Shown in pieces: positions 27,521 to 38,468 of a DNA stretch of 64,000 nt. How positions within the stretch are numbered: position 1 is the first letter of the stretch; each line of letters begins with the position of its first letter. Source of the stretch: Lachnospiraceae bacterium (GTDB lineage Bacteria > Bacillota > Clostridia > Lachnospirales > Lachnospiraceae); assembly GCA_017551165.1 (NCBI GenBank), contig JAFZMO010000049.1, forward strand, positions 8,675 to 72,674, in the 5' to 3' direction. A program made the translations under genes and the position numbers. The notes below the pieces were generated by a model, which saw nothing but the letters and a program-made list of their open reading frames with translations, did no database searches and was not told the DNA's origin.

Positions 27521-28276
27521 TCAGCCGATCACGTCCTTCATCGTATAGAGTCCGGGCTCGCGACCCGAGACGTATTTGGCAGCCACGACTGCGCCCTTGC
27601 CGAAGATCGCCTTCGAGTACGCCGTGTGCTGGATCGTAATGACCTCATCCGTTCCGCAGAACAGGATCTCATGGTCGCCGACGATCGTTCCGCCGCGCAC
27701 TGCGCTGATGCCGATCTCACCCTGCGGTCTGGGCTCGCTTCTGTCGCTGCGGTCGAAGACGTAGGGAAGCTTCTCCGGCAGGACCTCGTTGATCGCATCT
27801 GCGATCGAGAGCGCCGTTCCGCTCGGTGCATCCTTCTTAAAATGATGGTGCTTCTCCACGATATCTATGTCAAAACCCTCGGCGTACAGCTTCTTCGCCG
27901 CCTCCTGAACAAGGCGCAGCAGCACGTTCACGCCGAGCGACATATTGGCTGAACGAACGATCGCAACCTCCTTCGATGCGAGGTTGATCTCCTCCACCTG
28001 CTCCTTCGTAAACCCGGTCGTGCAGAGGACAAGCGCAATGCCTCTCTTCTTCGCCTCATCGATGAGCTTCGTTAAGATCTTGGGCGTCGAGAAATCGATG
28101 ATGACGTCCGCCTCCTCAACAACCTTGGAGATGTCATCGTACACGGGATACGGGGTAAACGGCGACGATACGACGTCAACGCCGGCCACGATCTCAGCGT
28201 CCGGATCCTGTGCCACGATATCGGTGATCACACGGCCCATATGGCCGTTGCAACCGTTCATGATAATCCTTTTCAT
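27521..28276 (-). CDS. dapB: 4-hydroxy-tetrahydrodipicolinate reductase
   Basis: MKRIIMNGCNGHMGRV..EKHHHFKKDAPSGTA. Track start 28456 was trimmed to ATG 28276, which follows a GGAGGAAA RBS. Confidence 0.93.
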   Translation of the reverse strand: MKRIIMNGCNGHMGRVITDIVAQDPDAEIVAGVDVVSSPFTPYPVYDDISKVVEEADVIIDFSTPKILTKLIDEAKKRGIALVLCTTGFTKEQVEEINLASKEVAIVRSANMSLGVNVLLRLVQEAAKKLYAEGFDIDIVEKHHHFKKDAPSGTALSIADAINEVLPEKLPYVFDRSDRSEPRPQGEIGISAVRGGTIVGDHEILFCGTDEVITIQHTAYSKAIFGKGAVVAAKYVSGREPGLYTMKDVIG

Positions 28277-28362
28277 GGTGTTTCCTCCACATTCTTTTAT
28301 GCAACAAACGGGCCTCCGGCCGCACCTTGGGTGCAGCCGAGACCCGACATTTTCCGTCAAAC

Positions 28363-29247
28363 TTACAGGACGCCCAGCTTCTCCATCTCTGCCTTGAGGA
28401 TCGCCTGATTCTGCGGCTCCATGATCGACAGAGGCATTCGCACGCTGCCGTCGCACTGTCCCATCATGCAGGTCGCTGCCTTCACGGGGATCGGGTTGAC
28501 CTCCAGGAAGAGATCCTTCGCCAGGCGGAAGTACTTCACCTGCAGATCGCGCGCCGTGTCGACGTCGCCGCGGAGGTACGATGCAACCATCTCATGCACC
28601 TGCTCGGGGATCACGTGCGAGAGCACCGAGATGACGCCCTTGCCGCCGATCGAGAGGATCGGTACGATCATATCGTCGTTGCCGGAGTAGATATCCATCT
28701 TTCCGTCCGTGAGTGCCGCGATCTCCGTCGCAACGCTGATGTCGCCGGTCGCCTCCTTCACCGCTACGATGTTGTCCACGTTCTTGTACAGCGTCGCGAT
28801 CGTCGCGGGTGCCATCTTGCAGCCCGTGCGGCTCGGAACGTTATACAGGATGATCGGCTTCTTCGTAGCTCCCGCCACCGCCGTAAAATGAGCGATCAGT
28901 CCGTTCTGTGTCGCCTTGTTGTAGTAAGGCGTAACCACGAGCATCGCGTCCGCTCCTCTCGCGTCCGCCTCCTGCGTGAGATAGATCGCCGTCTCCGTGC
29001 AGTTGGAGCCGGTGCCCGCGATCACGGGGATGCGGCCCGCCACCTGCTTCACGCAGAACTCGATCACATCGAGGTGCTCCTCGTGTGTGAGACAGGATGC
29101 CTCGCCCGTCGTGCCGCACACGACGATGGCGTCCGTCTTGTTCGCTATCTGGTATTCAATAATCTTCGCAAAACTGTCATAATCCACTTCGCCCCCGTTC
29201 TTGAACGGAGTGATGATGGCTACTGCGGAACCTGTAAAAATCGACAT
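28363..29247 (-). CDS. dapA: 4-hydroxy-tetrahydrodipicolinate synthase
   Basis: MSIFTGSAVAIITPF..VCGTTGE..YNVPSRTG..VAVKEATG. Track start 29418 was trimmed to ATG 29247, which follows a GGAGG RBS. Confidence 0.95.
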   Translation of the reverse strand: MSIFTGSAVAIITPFKNGGEVDYDSFAKIIEYQIANKTDAIVVCGTTGEASCLTHEEHLDVIEFCVKQVAGRIPVIAGTGSNCTETAIYLTQEADARGADAMLVVTPYYNKATQNGLIAHFTAVAGATKKPIILYNVPSRTGCKMAPATIATLYKNVDNIVAVKEATGDISVATEIAALTDGKMDIYSGNDDMIVPILSIGGKGVISVLSHVIPEQVHEMVASYLRGDVDTARDLQVKYFRLAKDLFLEVNPIPVKAATCMMGQCDGSVRMPLSIMEPQNQAILKAEMEKLGVL

Positions 29248-29319
29248 GGTCAAACCTCCGAGTAATCCGAATTCGTATGTTGTTTCCGCCGGTGTTCCCT
29301 GTGAAATCATACGAGGTTT

Positions 29320-29348
29320 ATTGTAGCATGTCGCGTCCCGTATGTCAA
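29320..29348 (-). promoter_or_regulatory. Sigma-A-type promoter for dapA-dapB
   Basis: Minus strand reads TTGACA (29348-29343), 17-nt spacer, TACAAT (29325-29320), about 70 nt upstream of the dapA ATG. Confidence 0.6.
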
Positions 29349-29470
29349 GGCGGCAGACGCCCTTAAGCGAAGAGTCTGCTGCTCCCGCCGTGTTCAAACA
29401 AATACACAAAACTTTCACACAAACTCACGCAATGTTCGTTACCTTATCTATAGGAAAATGCGACACTTTA

Positions 29471-29479
29471 TGCTAAAAT
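29471..29479 (+). promoter_or_regulatory. Possible extended -10 promoter for typA
   Basis: TGcTAAAAT at 29471-29479 with only a weak -35 (TAGGAA), about 95 nt upstream of the typA ATG. Confidence 0.4.
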
Positions 29480-29577
29480 GTCAAAGGCTGTGCGCTCGCA
29501 CACGGGCGCGCGTATGAATAAAGGAACGCAGCGGTAACCGCCTGCGGATCCGGACTAAACGACAAAGGACAGTTTTT

Positions 29578-31401
29578 ATGAAGAGAAATGACATTCGCAA
29601 TATCGCCATCATCGCGCATGTAGACCACGGCAAGACCACCCTCGTGGACGAGCTTCTCAAGCAGAGCGGCGTCTTCCGCACCGGTCAGGTTGTCGAGGAG
29701 CGCGTGATGGACAGTAACGACATCGAGCGTGAGCGAGGCATCACCATCCTTTCGAAGAACACGGCCGTCACCTACAAGGGCGTGAAGATCAACATTATCG
29801 ACACCCCCGGCCACGCGGACTTCGGCGGCGAGGTGGAGCGCGTCCTCAAGATGGTCAACGGCGTTGTGCTTTTGGTTGACGCGTTCGAGGGCCCGATGCC
29901 GCAGACCAAGTTCGTGCTGAAGAAGGCTCTCGAGCTGCACCTTCCGGTCATCGTATGCATCAACAAGATCGACCGCCCCGAGGCGCGCCCGAAGGAGGTC
30001 ATCGACGAGGTTCTGGAGCTTCTGATCGACCTCGATGCCGACGAGGAGCAGTTGGACTGCCCCATCGTCTTCGCATCCGCGAAGAGCGGCGTCGCGATCC
30101 TCGAGCTCACGGACAAGCCCGTCAGCATGGAGCCTCTGTTTGAGACGATCCTCGACTACATTCCCGCTCCCGAGGGCGATGAGACTGCAGGCACGCAGGT
30201 TCTCATCAGCACGATCGACTACAACGAATATGTCGGACGCATCGGCGTCGGCAAGGTGGACAACGGAACGATCCGCGTCAACCAGGACTGCGTCATCGTC
30301 AACCACCACGACCCCGACAAGATGCGCAAGGTTAAGATCAGCAAGCTCTACGAGTTTGACGGCCTGAAGAAGGTGGAGGTGAACGAGGCAACCGTGGGTT
30401 CCATCGTCGCCATCTCCGGCATCAGCGACATCCACATCGGCGATACGCTGTGCTCCCCGGAGAATCCGCAGGCCATTCCGTTCCAGAAGATCTCCGAGCC
30501 GACGATCTCGATGAACTTCCTCGTCAACGACAGCCCGCTCGCAGGGCAGGAGGGCAAGTTCGTCACCTCGCGCCACCTGCGCGAGAGACTCTTCCGCGAA
30601 CTCAACACCGACGTGTCTCTCCGCGTTGAGGAGACCGACACCACCGAGGCGTTCAAGGTTTCCGGCCGCGGTGAGCTGCATCTCTCCGTCCTGATCGAGA
30701 ACATGCGCCGCGAGGGCTATGAGTTCGCCGTCAGCAAGGCGCAGGTCATTTACCACGAGGACGAGAACGGCAAGAAGCTCGAGCCGATGGAGGAATGCGT
30801 TGTCGACGTTCCCGAGGAGTTTGCGGGCAACGTCATCGAGAAGCTCTCCGCCCGCAAGGGTGAGCTTCAGGGCATGAGCTCGTTCGGCGCAGGTTCCACC
30901 CGCCTCACGTTCCAGATCCCCGCGCGTGGCCTGATCGGCTACCGCAACGAGTTTCTGACGGACACGAAGGGCGAGGGGATCATCAACACCGTATTTTCCG
31001 GATATGCACCGTACAAAGGTGACCTCAACTACCGTTCGCAGGGCAGCCTGATCGCCTTCGAGAGCGGCGAGGCCGTCACCTACGGTCTGTTCAACGCGCA
31101 GGAGCGCGGCGCTCTCTTCATCGGGGCAGGCGAGAAGGTGTATGCCGGCATGGTCGTCGGTGAGCACTGCAAGCCCGAGGATGTCGAGGTCAACGTGTGC
31201 AAGAAGAAGCAGCTCACGAACACCCGCTCTTCCGCCGCCGACGAGGCACTCCGCCTCACACCGCCGCGCATCATGAGCCTCGAGCAGTGCCTCGAGTTCA
31301 TCGACAACGACGAGCTTCTGGAGGTCACGCCGAAGAGCCTGCGCATCCGCAAGAAGATCCTCGACTCGCTCGAGAGAAAGCGCGCTGCAAGAAGAAACTG
31401 A
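29578..31401 (+). CDS. typA: Translational GTPase TypA/BipA
   Basis: 607 aa. IRNIAIIAHVDHGKTTLVD, DTPGHADFGGEVER and an EF-G-like domain order. Confidence 0.96.
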   Translation: MKRNDIRNIAIIAHVDHGKTTLVDELLKQSGVFRTGQVVEERVMDSNDIERERGITILSKNTAVTYKGVKINIIDTPGHADFGGEVERVLKMVNGVVLLVDAFEGPMPQTKFVLKKALELHLPVIVCINKIDRPEARPKEVIDEVLELLIDLDADEEQLDCPIVFASAKSGVAILELTDKPVSMEPLFETILDYIPAPEGDETAGTQVLISTIDYNEYVGRIGVGKVDNGTIRVNQDCVIVNHHDPDKMRKVKISKLYEFDGLKKVEVNEATVGSIVAISGISDIHIGDTLCSPENPQAIPFQKISEPTISMNFLVNDSPLAGQEGKFVTSRHLRERLFRELNTDVSLRVEETDTTEAFKVSGRGELHLSVLIENMRREGYEFAVSKAQVIYHEDENGKKLEPMEECVVDVPEEFAGNVIEKLSARKGELQGMSSFGAGSTRLTFQIPARGLIGYRNEFLTDTKGEGIINTVFSGYAPYKGDLNYRSQGSLIAFESGEAVTYGLFNAQERGALFIGAGEKVYAGMVVGEHCKPEDVEVNVCKKKQLTNTRSSAADEALRLTPPRIMSLEQCLEFIDNDELLEVTPKSLRIRKKILDSLERKRAARRN

Positions 31402-31420
31402 TGTGGCATGGGCCGCCCCG

Positions 31421-31447
31421 GTGACAGGGGGCCGGTTCTTTTGTCAC
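31421..31447. repeat. 27-nt imperfect-palindrome element GTGACAGGGGGCCGGTTCTTTTGTCAC (copy 1; copy 2 at 42167-42193)
   Basis: 25 of 27 positions are identical to the copy at 42167-42193. Here it lies between the typA stop and the comEB RBS. In this orientation GCCCC (31415-31419) / GGGGC (31428-31432) followed by CGGTTCTTTTG resembles an intrinsic terminator. Confidence 0.6.
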
Positions 31448-31473
31448 CAAATAATACAAGGAGAAGGGTAACA

Positions 31474-31953
31474 ATGAAGAACACAAACTATCTGAATTGG
31501 GACGAGTATTTTATGGGGATCGCTCTTCTGTCCGCCAAGCGGAGCAAGGACCCGAACACGTGCGTCGGCGCCTGCATCGTCAGCCAGGAGAACCGCATTC
31601 TCTCGGTCGGCTACAACGGCATGCCGCGCGGCTGCTCAGACGACGAGTATCCGTGGGAGCGCGAGGGCGACGATCTTGAGACCAAGTACTTCTACGTCTG
31701 CCACGCCGAGCTCAACGCGATCCTGAACTACACCGGCACCAACATGAAGGGCGCACGCGTATACACGACACTCTTCCCGTGCAACGAGTGCACGAAGGCG
31801 CTCATCCAGGCCGGCATCACCGAGGTCATTTACCAGAGTGACAAATACGACCTCACCCCCGCAAACATCGCCGCCAAGCGCATGTTCGCATCCGCGGGTG
31901 TGACGCTCCGCCAGCTGCCCGTTACCGGCAAGGACATCACCATTTCGCTGTAA
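31474..31953 (+). CDS. comEB: dCMP deaminase (ComEB-type)
   Basis: MKNTNYLNWDEYFMGIALLSAKRSKDP..CHAELNA..PCNECTKALIQAGI (zinc motifs). Track start 31408 was trimmed to ATG 31474, which follows an AAGGAGAAG RBS. Confidence 0.9.
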   Translation: MKNTNYLNWDEYFMGIALLSAKRSKDPNTCVGACIVSQENRILSVGYNGMPRGCSDDEYPWEREGDDLETKYFYVCHAELNAILNYTGTNMKGARVYTTLFPCNECTKALIQAGITEVIYQSDKYDLTPANIAAKRMFASAGVTLRQLPVTGKDITISL

Positions 31954-32056
31954 CGGATACTACATTTACAATCAACGATTTGTGAGTATACTTGGGAACA
32001 GCATCATTCGTTGGGGGAACGGTGCGTTCGAACATGAGGAAAATGAGGAAAAACCA

Positions 32057-34798
32057 ATGTTAACACTGAACAACATCAAGAAGGACTACCCGATCGGCGA
32101 CGGCGTTGTACACGCGCTGAAGGGCATCGACCTCTCGTTCCGCGAGAGTGAGTTCGTCGCGATCCTCGGTCCTTCGGGCTGCGGCAAGACGACTCTCCTG
32201 AACATCATCGGCGGCCTGGACCACTACACGTCCGGCGACCTGGTGATCAACGGCCGCTCGACCAAACTCTACAAGGATAAGGACTGGGATTCGTACCGCA
32301 ACCACAGCATCGGCTTTGTGTTCCAGAGCTACAATCTGATCTCACATCAGACCGTTTTGCGCAACGTCGAGCTTGCACTCACGATCTCCGGTATCTCCAA
32401 GGCGGAGACGCGCGAGCGTGCACGCAAGGCGCTCGAGGACGTCGGTCTCGGCGATCAGCTCGAGAAGAAGCCCAACCAGCTCTCCGGCGGCCAGATGCAG
32501 CGTGTAGCGATCGCCCGTGCGCTTGTGAACAACCCTGACATCGTGCTCGCGGATGAGCCCACCGGTGCTCTCGACACCGAGACGAGCGTGCAGATCATGG
32601 ATCTTCTCAAGGAGATCGCGAAGGACAAGCTTGTCATCATGGTCACGCACAACCCCGACCTCGCGGCAACGTACGCAACGCGCACGATCTGCCTTCTCGA
32701 CGGTCTCATCACCTCGGACAGCAAGCCTCTCACCGAGGAGGAGCTCAACGCGAAGACCGACCGCAAACCAAAGGGAACGTCGATGTCATTTTTCACGGCG
32801 TTGTCCCTCTCTCTCACCAACCTGATGACGAAGAAGACGCGCACGATCCTGACGGCGTTCGCCGGAAGTATCGGTATCATCGGTATCGCGCTGATCCTTT
32901 CGCTCAGCAACGGTGTCAACAATTACATCACGAGAATTCAGGAAGACACCCTGTCCTCCTACCCTCTGACGATCCAGAAAATGACTGCCGACTCCTCAGC
33001 GGTCATCTCCGCGGTTCTCGGCATCACCAACGAGGACACGGAGCGGCATGAGGACGGGCGCATCTACTCGAACAGTATGCTGACCGAGATCGTCAACACG
33101 ATGATGGCCGAGGTCAAGACCAACGATCTCAAGACCTTCAAGAAGTATCTCGATGAAAATGCGGAGATCAAGGATCTCGTCACCGACATCCGGTACTCCT
33201 ACAACGTCGTTCCGCAGATCTACCAGTACGATCTCTCGAAAAACGGTGTGTACCAGTTAAACCCCAGCAACATTCTCACAACGTTCTGGTCATCGATGGG
33301 CATTTCCGACAGCACGATCACCGAGATGAGCTCGATGATGAGCATCGGCGGTTCCACGAGCTCGATGTCCGTATGGTCGGAGATCATCGACAATCAGGCA
33401 CTTCTCGACGAGCAGTATGATCTTCTCGCAGGACGCTGGCCGTCCGCATACAACGAGATCATTCTCGTTGTCGACAAGAACAATGAGATCAGCGATTACA
33501 CGCTCTACTCCCTCGCTCTCAAGGATCCGAGCGAGATGACCGCCGCGTTCCGCGCACTCATGCAGGGACAGCAGGTAAAGAGTGAGCAGGTATCCTACAG
33601 CTACGATGATCTTCTCTCCCTCCAGTTCCGGTTGGCGCTTCCCGCGGATTACTATTCCTATGACGAAGCAACGCAGACCTGGGTGGACCGTTCTGCCGAC
33701 ACCGACTACATGACCTCTCTTCTCATGGACAACAGCCGCACCCTGACGCTCTCTGTCGTCGGTATCATCCGACCGGGTGAGGAAGCGCTTGCAACCTCCG
33801 TCAACGGTGCGATCGGCTACACACATGAGCTTGTCGAGTACATTGTGGCAGAGACCGCAAAGCGCGACATCGTAAAGCAGCAGATCGCCGAGAAGGACCT
33901 TGACGTCTTCACCGGACGCCCCTTCGAGGTTCCGAAGTCCTACAACGCCGAGGAACTCCGTGCAATGCTTCTCGCACAGCTTTCGAAAATGACCGACGCC
34001 GAGATCGCGCGTATCTCCAACCTTCTCATCTCGTTCTTCCAGACGGACACGTCCGGCAACTACGACGAGATCATGAAGAAGATTGAGAACGGTGAGACCG
34101 TCACTCCCGAGGAGATGCTCAATCTTCTCCCCGACGAGGTGTTGATGTCCTCGCTCAAGCAGTACGCAAACTCCGGACAGTCCGTGAGCACCTACGACCT
34201 CAACATGGCCAAGCTCGGCAGCTCCGACATCACCGATCCGAGCGCGATCAGCATTTTCCCGAAGGACTTCAAGTCCAAGGATCGCATCGTGAAGATGATC
34301 GCCGAATACAACGATAAGCATACGGACGAACAGCGCATCGATTACACCGACTATGTCGCTCTTCTGATGTCATCGATCACCCGCATCATCAACTCGATCA
34401 CGTACATCCTGATCGCCTTCGTTGCGATCTCACTCGTCGTATCGTCGATCATGATCGGTATCATCACGTACATCTCCGTTCTGGAGCGCACGAAGGAGAT
34501 CGGTATCCTGCGCGCCATCGGCGCTTCCAAGCGCGATATCGCCCGCGTGTTCAACGCTGAGACATTGATCATCGGTTTTGTCGCAGGTGTGCTCGGCATC
34601 GGCCTCACGCTGATCCTCAACATCCCGATCAACATGATCATTTTCCGGATCGCCGAGGTTCGCGGTCTCTCCAAGCTGCCTTGGGCAGGCGGAGTCATCC
34701 TGATCCTCATCAGCATGGTTCTCACGCTGATCGCCGGCATCATCCCGTCCCGCATCGCGGCACGCAAAGATCCGGTTACCGCGCTTCGCACGGAGTGA
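32057..34798 (+). CDS. Fused ABC transporter ATPase-permease (MacB/FtsX-type) with a very large extracytoplasmic domain
   Basis: 913 aa from ATG 32057. Walker A GPSGCGKTT, signature LSGGQMQRVAIARAL and Walker B VLADEPTGALD. Then comes TM1, about 480 aa of soluble sequence, and a C-terminal FtsX-like 3-TM bundle ending in RIAARKDPVTALRTE. Confidence 0.9.
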   Translation: MLTLNNIKKDYPIGDGVVHALKGIDLSFRESEFVAILGPSGCGKTTLLNIIGGLDHYTSGDLVINGRSTKLYKDKDWDSYRNHSIGFVFQSYNLISHQTVLRNVELALTISGISKAETRERARKALEDVGLGDQLEKKPNQLSGGQMQRVAIARALVNNPDIVLADEPTGALDTETSVQIMDLLKEIAKDKLVIMVTHNPDLAATYATRTICLLDGLITSDSKPLTEEELNAKTDRKPKGTSMSFFTALSLSLTNLMTKKTRTILTAFAGSIGIIGIALILSLSNGVNNYITRIQEDTLSSYPLTIQKMTADSSAVISAVLGITNEDTERHEDGRIYSNSMLTEIVNTMMAEVKTNDLKTFKKYLDENAEIKDLVTDIRYSYNVVPQIYQYDLSKNGVYQLNPSNILTTFWSSMGISDSTITEMSSMMSIGGSTSSMSVWSEIIDNQALLDEQYDLLAGRWPSAYNEIILVVDKNNEISDYTLYSLALKDPSEMTAAFRALMQGQQVKSEQVSYSYDDLLSLQFRLALPADYYSYDEATQTWVDRSADTDYMTSLLMDNSRTLTLSVVGIIRPGEEALATSVNGAIGYTHELVEYIVAETAKRDIVKQQIAEKDLDVFTGRPFEVPKSYNAEELRAMLLAQLSKMTDAEIARISNLLISFFQTDTSGNYDEIMKKIENGETVTPEEMLNLLPDEVLMSSLKQYANSGQSVSTYDLNMAKLGSSDITDPSAISIFPKDFKSKDRIVKMIAEYNDKHTDEQRIDYTDYVALLMSSITRIINSITYILIAFVAISLVVSSIMIGIITYISVLERTKEIGILRAIGASKRDIARVFNAETLIIGFVAGVLGIGLTLILNIPINMIIFRIAEVRGLSKLPWAGGVILILISMVLTLIAGIIPSRIAARKDPVTALRTE

Positions 34799-34844
34799 TG
34801 GTCAGCTGCATTGATCCCGCTTTGGGATGACAATCGATAACGAC

Positions 34845-34884
34845 AAAAAAGCCTGCTGCGGAAACTTCCGCAACAGGCTTTTCT
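34845..34884. terminator. Bidirectional rho-independent terminator between convergent ABC and amidase genes
   Basis: GCCTGCTGCGGAA/TTCCGCAACAGGC stem (34851-34878, one mismatch), flanked by A6 upstream and TTTTCTT downstream. Confidence 0.8.
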
Positions 34885-34898
34885 TATCACTTTGCTCT

Positions 34899-35627
34899 TT
34901 ACTGCACCTGACGCACTACCGGATTCGACGTATCAAAATCCTTGCCGTCCTTCGCCTTGGCGACATCCGCCTTGAACTTTGTCCAAGCCTCCTCGTTGTC
35001 CACGAAGAACTTCGGACAGTCGGCGCCGGTGATATCGTTGTGACGCACCACAGCGTCCTCAGGACTCAGCTTGTATTCCTTGCAGAGGTAGCCGACCAGC
35101 GTCACGAGACTCTTGTACGTCTCCTTGCTCATCGAGCCGTCCGCTGCGATGTTACAGAACTCTACCGAAAGACCTCTGGAGTTGTCTCCCTTCGACGCGT
35201 AGCACGCCTCGGTAACCGGGATACACTGGACGATCTCGCCGTCGGAGCCGATGATAAAATGCATGCTCTCGCGGACGTCCGTCGCGTTGTGCGAATCCTT
35301 CTTCGCCTCGTAGCGATCGCGCTGTGCCATCGCCGACGAACCGATCTCGCGGCCCGTGTAATGGATGATGATCTTCTCTACCTTCGCGAGCTCCGTTCCC
35401 GGTCTCGTGAAGTCGTTGACGGTGAGCAGTTTCTGCGTCACGCTGATGTCGCCGACCTTTTTGATCAAGCCGTCGTCCGTACCGCTGAAGATCCAAGAGA
35501 TCAACTTGATGACCAACAGCAGGAACAGGATCAGAATGATCGCAAGCCCTGCAAGAATCGCGTATTTGCGAATCTTCTTGCGGCGGCGCCGTCTGCGGCG
35601 CATCTCCGCTTTGGAGATCTTCGCCAT
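34899..35627 (-). CDS. Membrane-anchored N-acetylmuramoyl-L-alanine amidase (Amidase_2/PGRP fold)
   Basis: 242 aa. Arg-rich N-terminus plus TM helix, IIIHYTG..MHFIIGSDGEIVQCIP..ACYASK..VRHNDITGADCP. Confidence 0.85.
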   Translation of the reverse strand: MAKISKAEMRRRRRRRKKIRKYAILAGLAIILILFLLLVIKLISWIFSGTDDGLIKKVGDISVTQKLLTVNDFTRPGTELAKVEKIIIHYTGREIGSSAMAQRDRYEAKKDSHNATDVRESMHFIIGSDGEIVQCIPVTEACYASKGDNSRGLSVEFCNIAADGSMSKETYKSLVTLVGYLCKEYKLSPEDAVVRHNDITGADCPKFFVDNEEAWTKFKADVAKAKDGKDFDTSNPVVRQVQ

Positions 35628-35651
35628 CGTCGTCCTCCTTTCTCACGCCGA

Positions 35652-37121
<1,470 letters not shown>

Positions 37122-37134
37122 TTATTTTAATATT

Positions 37135-37641
37135 TTAATACTCTTGAATCTTGCGGGGCGCCTTCTTCTTCATCAGCGCAAGCATCGACTCGTCCGGCTC
37201 AAACCGGATGATCTCGTTGTCCGTCTTGCCCTTGTTGACGATCACGTACACCAGATTCTCCCGCTCGGGATCCAACGACGTGTAGTCAAAAGGTTTGCCC
37301 TGCAGATGCTTGTAGCCGTCCAGCGCGTGCGAGCGCTGCGGCGCCACAACGATCGCGGTGTCCAGGTCGATCCGCTTAATGTGCTTGCGCGCGTTGCCGC
37401 CGAGGATCTTGTCGAAATCGATCTGTCCGTCGACGAACACGTACTCATACACCACATGGAAGCGCGACCAGAACGCAAAGATCAGATACCATGCGATCGC
37501 CGCTACCAGCAACAGAAAGGGAACCAACACGCCCAGGAACGTCAACAGCGACGCTCCCGCAATGAGAAGTCCCTTGATCACAAAATCCTTCGTCGTCGCT
37601 TTTCTCACGACGATGCATTCCCCGTAATTACCCTCGTTCAT
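37135..37641 (-). CDS. Hypothetical membrane protein (two TM helices plus soluble C-terminal domain)
   Basis: 168 aa with a GAGGAG RBS. I cannot name a functional family with confidence (possibly a Clostridia DUF). Confidence 0.6.
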   Translation of the reverse strand: MNEGNYGECIVVRKATTKDFVIKGLLIAGASLLTFLGVLVPFLLLVAAIAWYLIFAFWSRFHVVYEYVFVDGQIDFDKILGGNARKHIKRIDLDTAIVVAPQRSHALDGYKHLQGKPFDYTSLDPERENLVYVIVNKGKTDNEIIRFEPDESMLALMKKKAPRKIQEY

Positions 37642-37692
37642 ACTTGCTCCTCACATCACTTGCATATGTAGACCTGTGTTTTGGAAAATGTC

Positions 37693-38424
37693 TTACTTCT
37701 TGCTCTTCTCCTCGACCGAGATGCCGTTGGTCTTCTGGATCGCGCGGATCAATGCATCCTTCGAGTTCTTCCAGGGCGCATCCGCGTTGCGGTAGTCGAA
37801 CTTGTCCGTGAACCACTCCAGATCGTCGCGCACGCGCTGAAAATTCTCGATCATGATGCGGTTGATACACGTGTCAAACTCATCGAGATTGCTCTTGCTC
37901 AGGTGCGAGGGAGCCATCTCGTGCAGCTCACCGAAATGCTTCATGCAGAAGCCCTTGGAGCGCGCAAACTTCTCGCGGAAGGACGAATCACTGTTGTACA
38001 GATAGAGCGTCGTCACGAGATATCGCTCGTAGGAGTGCTTCATGCGGTCGCACACGTAGCAGGTGCACTGCTGCTTCGCCATGTACTCGGCCGTCGCATC
38101 ACCGCCCGTGTTCTTCGAAAACCACGAGGTTGCGCCGCGCTTCTTGCCGGCGAGTTTCTCCATCTCCTCAAGCTGCCGGTCCATGTACGTGAGCATCATG
38201 AGACCCAGGCCCAGGCGGTTCTGGTTCTTATACATGAGCGGAAGATGCTTCGCACAGAAACCCTTCTTGTTCGTCTCCATGCGGACATCGTCCTCCATGT
38301 AGCTCGCGCCCATGACGAAGTCGATCGCGTCCGCCTCCAGCTTGTCGTACATCGCGCAGACGGGACATTCCGTGTCCGCGTCGAACGCATCGTTGACCGG
38401 TATCGTGTAGAGCTGTTCCTTCAT
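37693..38424 (-). CDS. Cys-rich hypothetical protein with two tandem CxxC...GFCxKH modules
   Basis: 243 aa from ATG 38424 (GGAGG RBS; track start 38472 trimmed). ECPVCAMYDKLE..KKGFCAKHLPLM repeats as TCYVCDRMKHSY..SKGFCMKHFGEL. Confidence 0.6.
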   Translation of the reverse strand: MKEQLYTIPVNDAFDADTECPVCAMYDKLEADAIDFVMGASYMEDDVRMETNKKGFCAKHLPLMYKNQNRLGLGLMMLTYMDRQLEEMEKLAGKKRGATSWFSKNTGGDATAEYMAKQQCTCYVCDRMKHSYERYLVTTLYLYNSDSSFREKFARSKGFCMKHFGELHEMAPSHLSKSNLDEFDTCINRIMIENFQRVRDDLEWFTDKFDYRNADAPWKNSKDALIRAIQKTNGISVEEKSKK

Positions 38425-38468
38425 GCTGCCTCCGCCCTGCGCATCGCGCATTGATCTTTCGGAAAATG

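Noticed and set aside
29248-29470. Possible lysine (L-box) riboswitch upstream of dapA
   Set aside because: A consensus promoter at 29320-29348 leaves only about 65 nt of leader, too short for an L-box aptamer. I saw none of the conserved L-box segments.
29473-31167. 564-aa minus-strand ORF antisense to typA
   Set aside because: It lies entirely inside and opposite an unmistakable typA gene. It has no RBS, and its composition is low-complexity and rich in A/L/R/D/V/G, as expected for the reverse frame of GC-rich coding DNA.
32030-32056. Direct repeat ATGAGGAAA ATGAGGAAAA and a 9-codon mini-ORF overlapping the ABC transporter start
   Set aside because: It is too short and has no RBS of its own. 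It most simply reads as a duplicated purine-rich SD region for the ABC gene.
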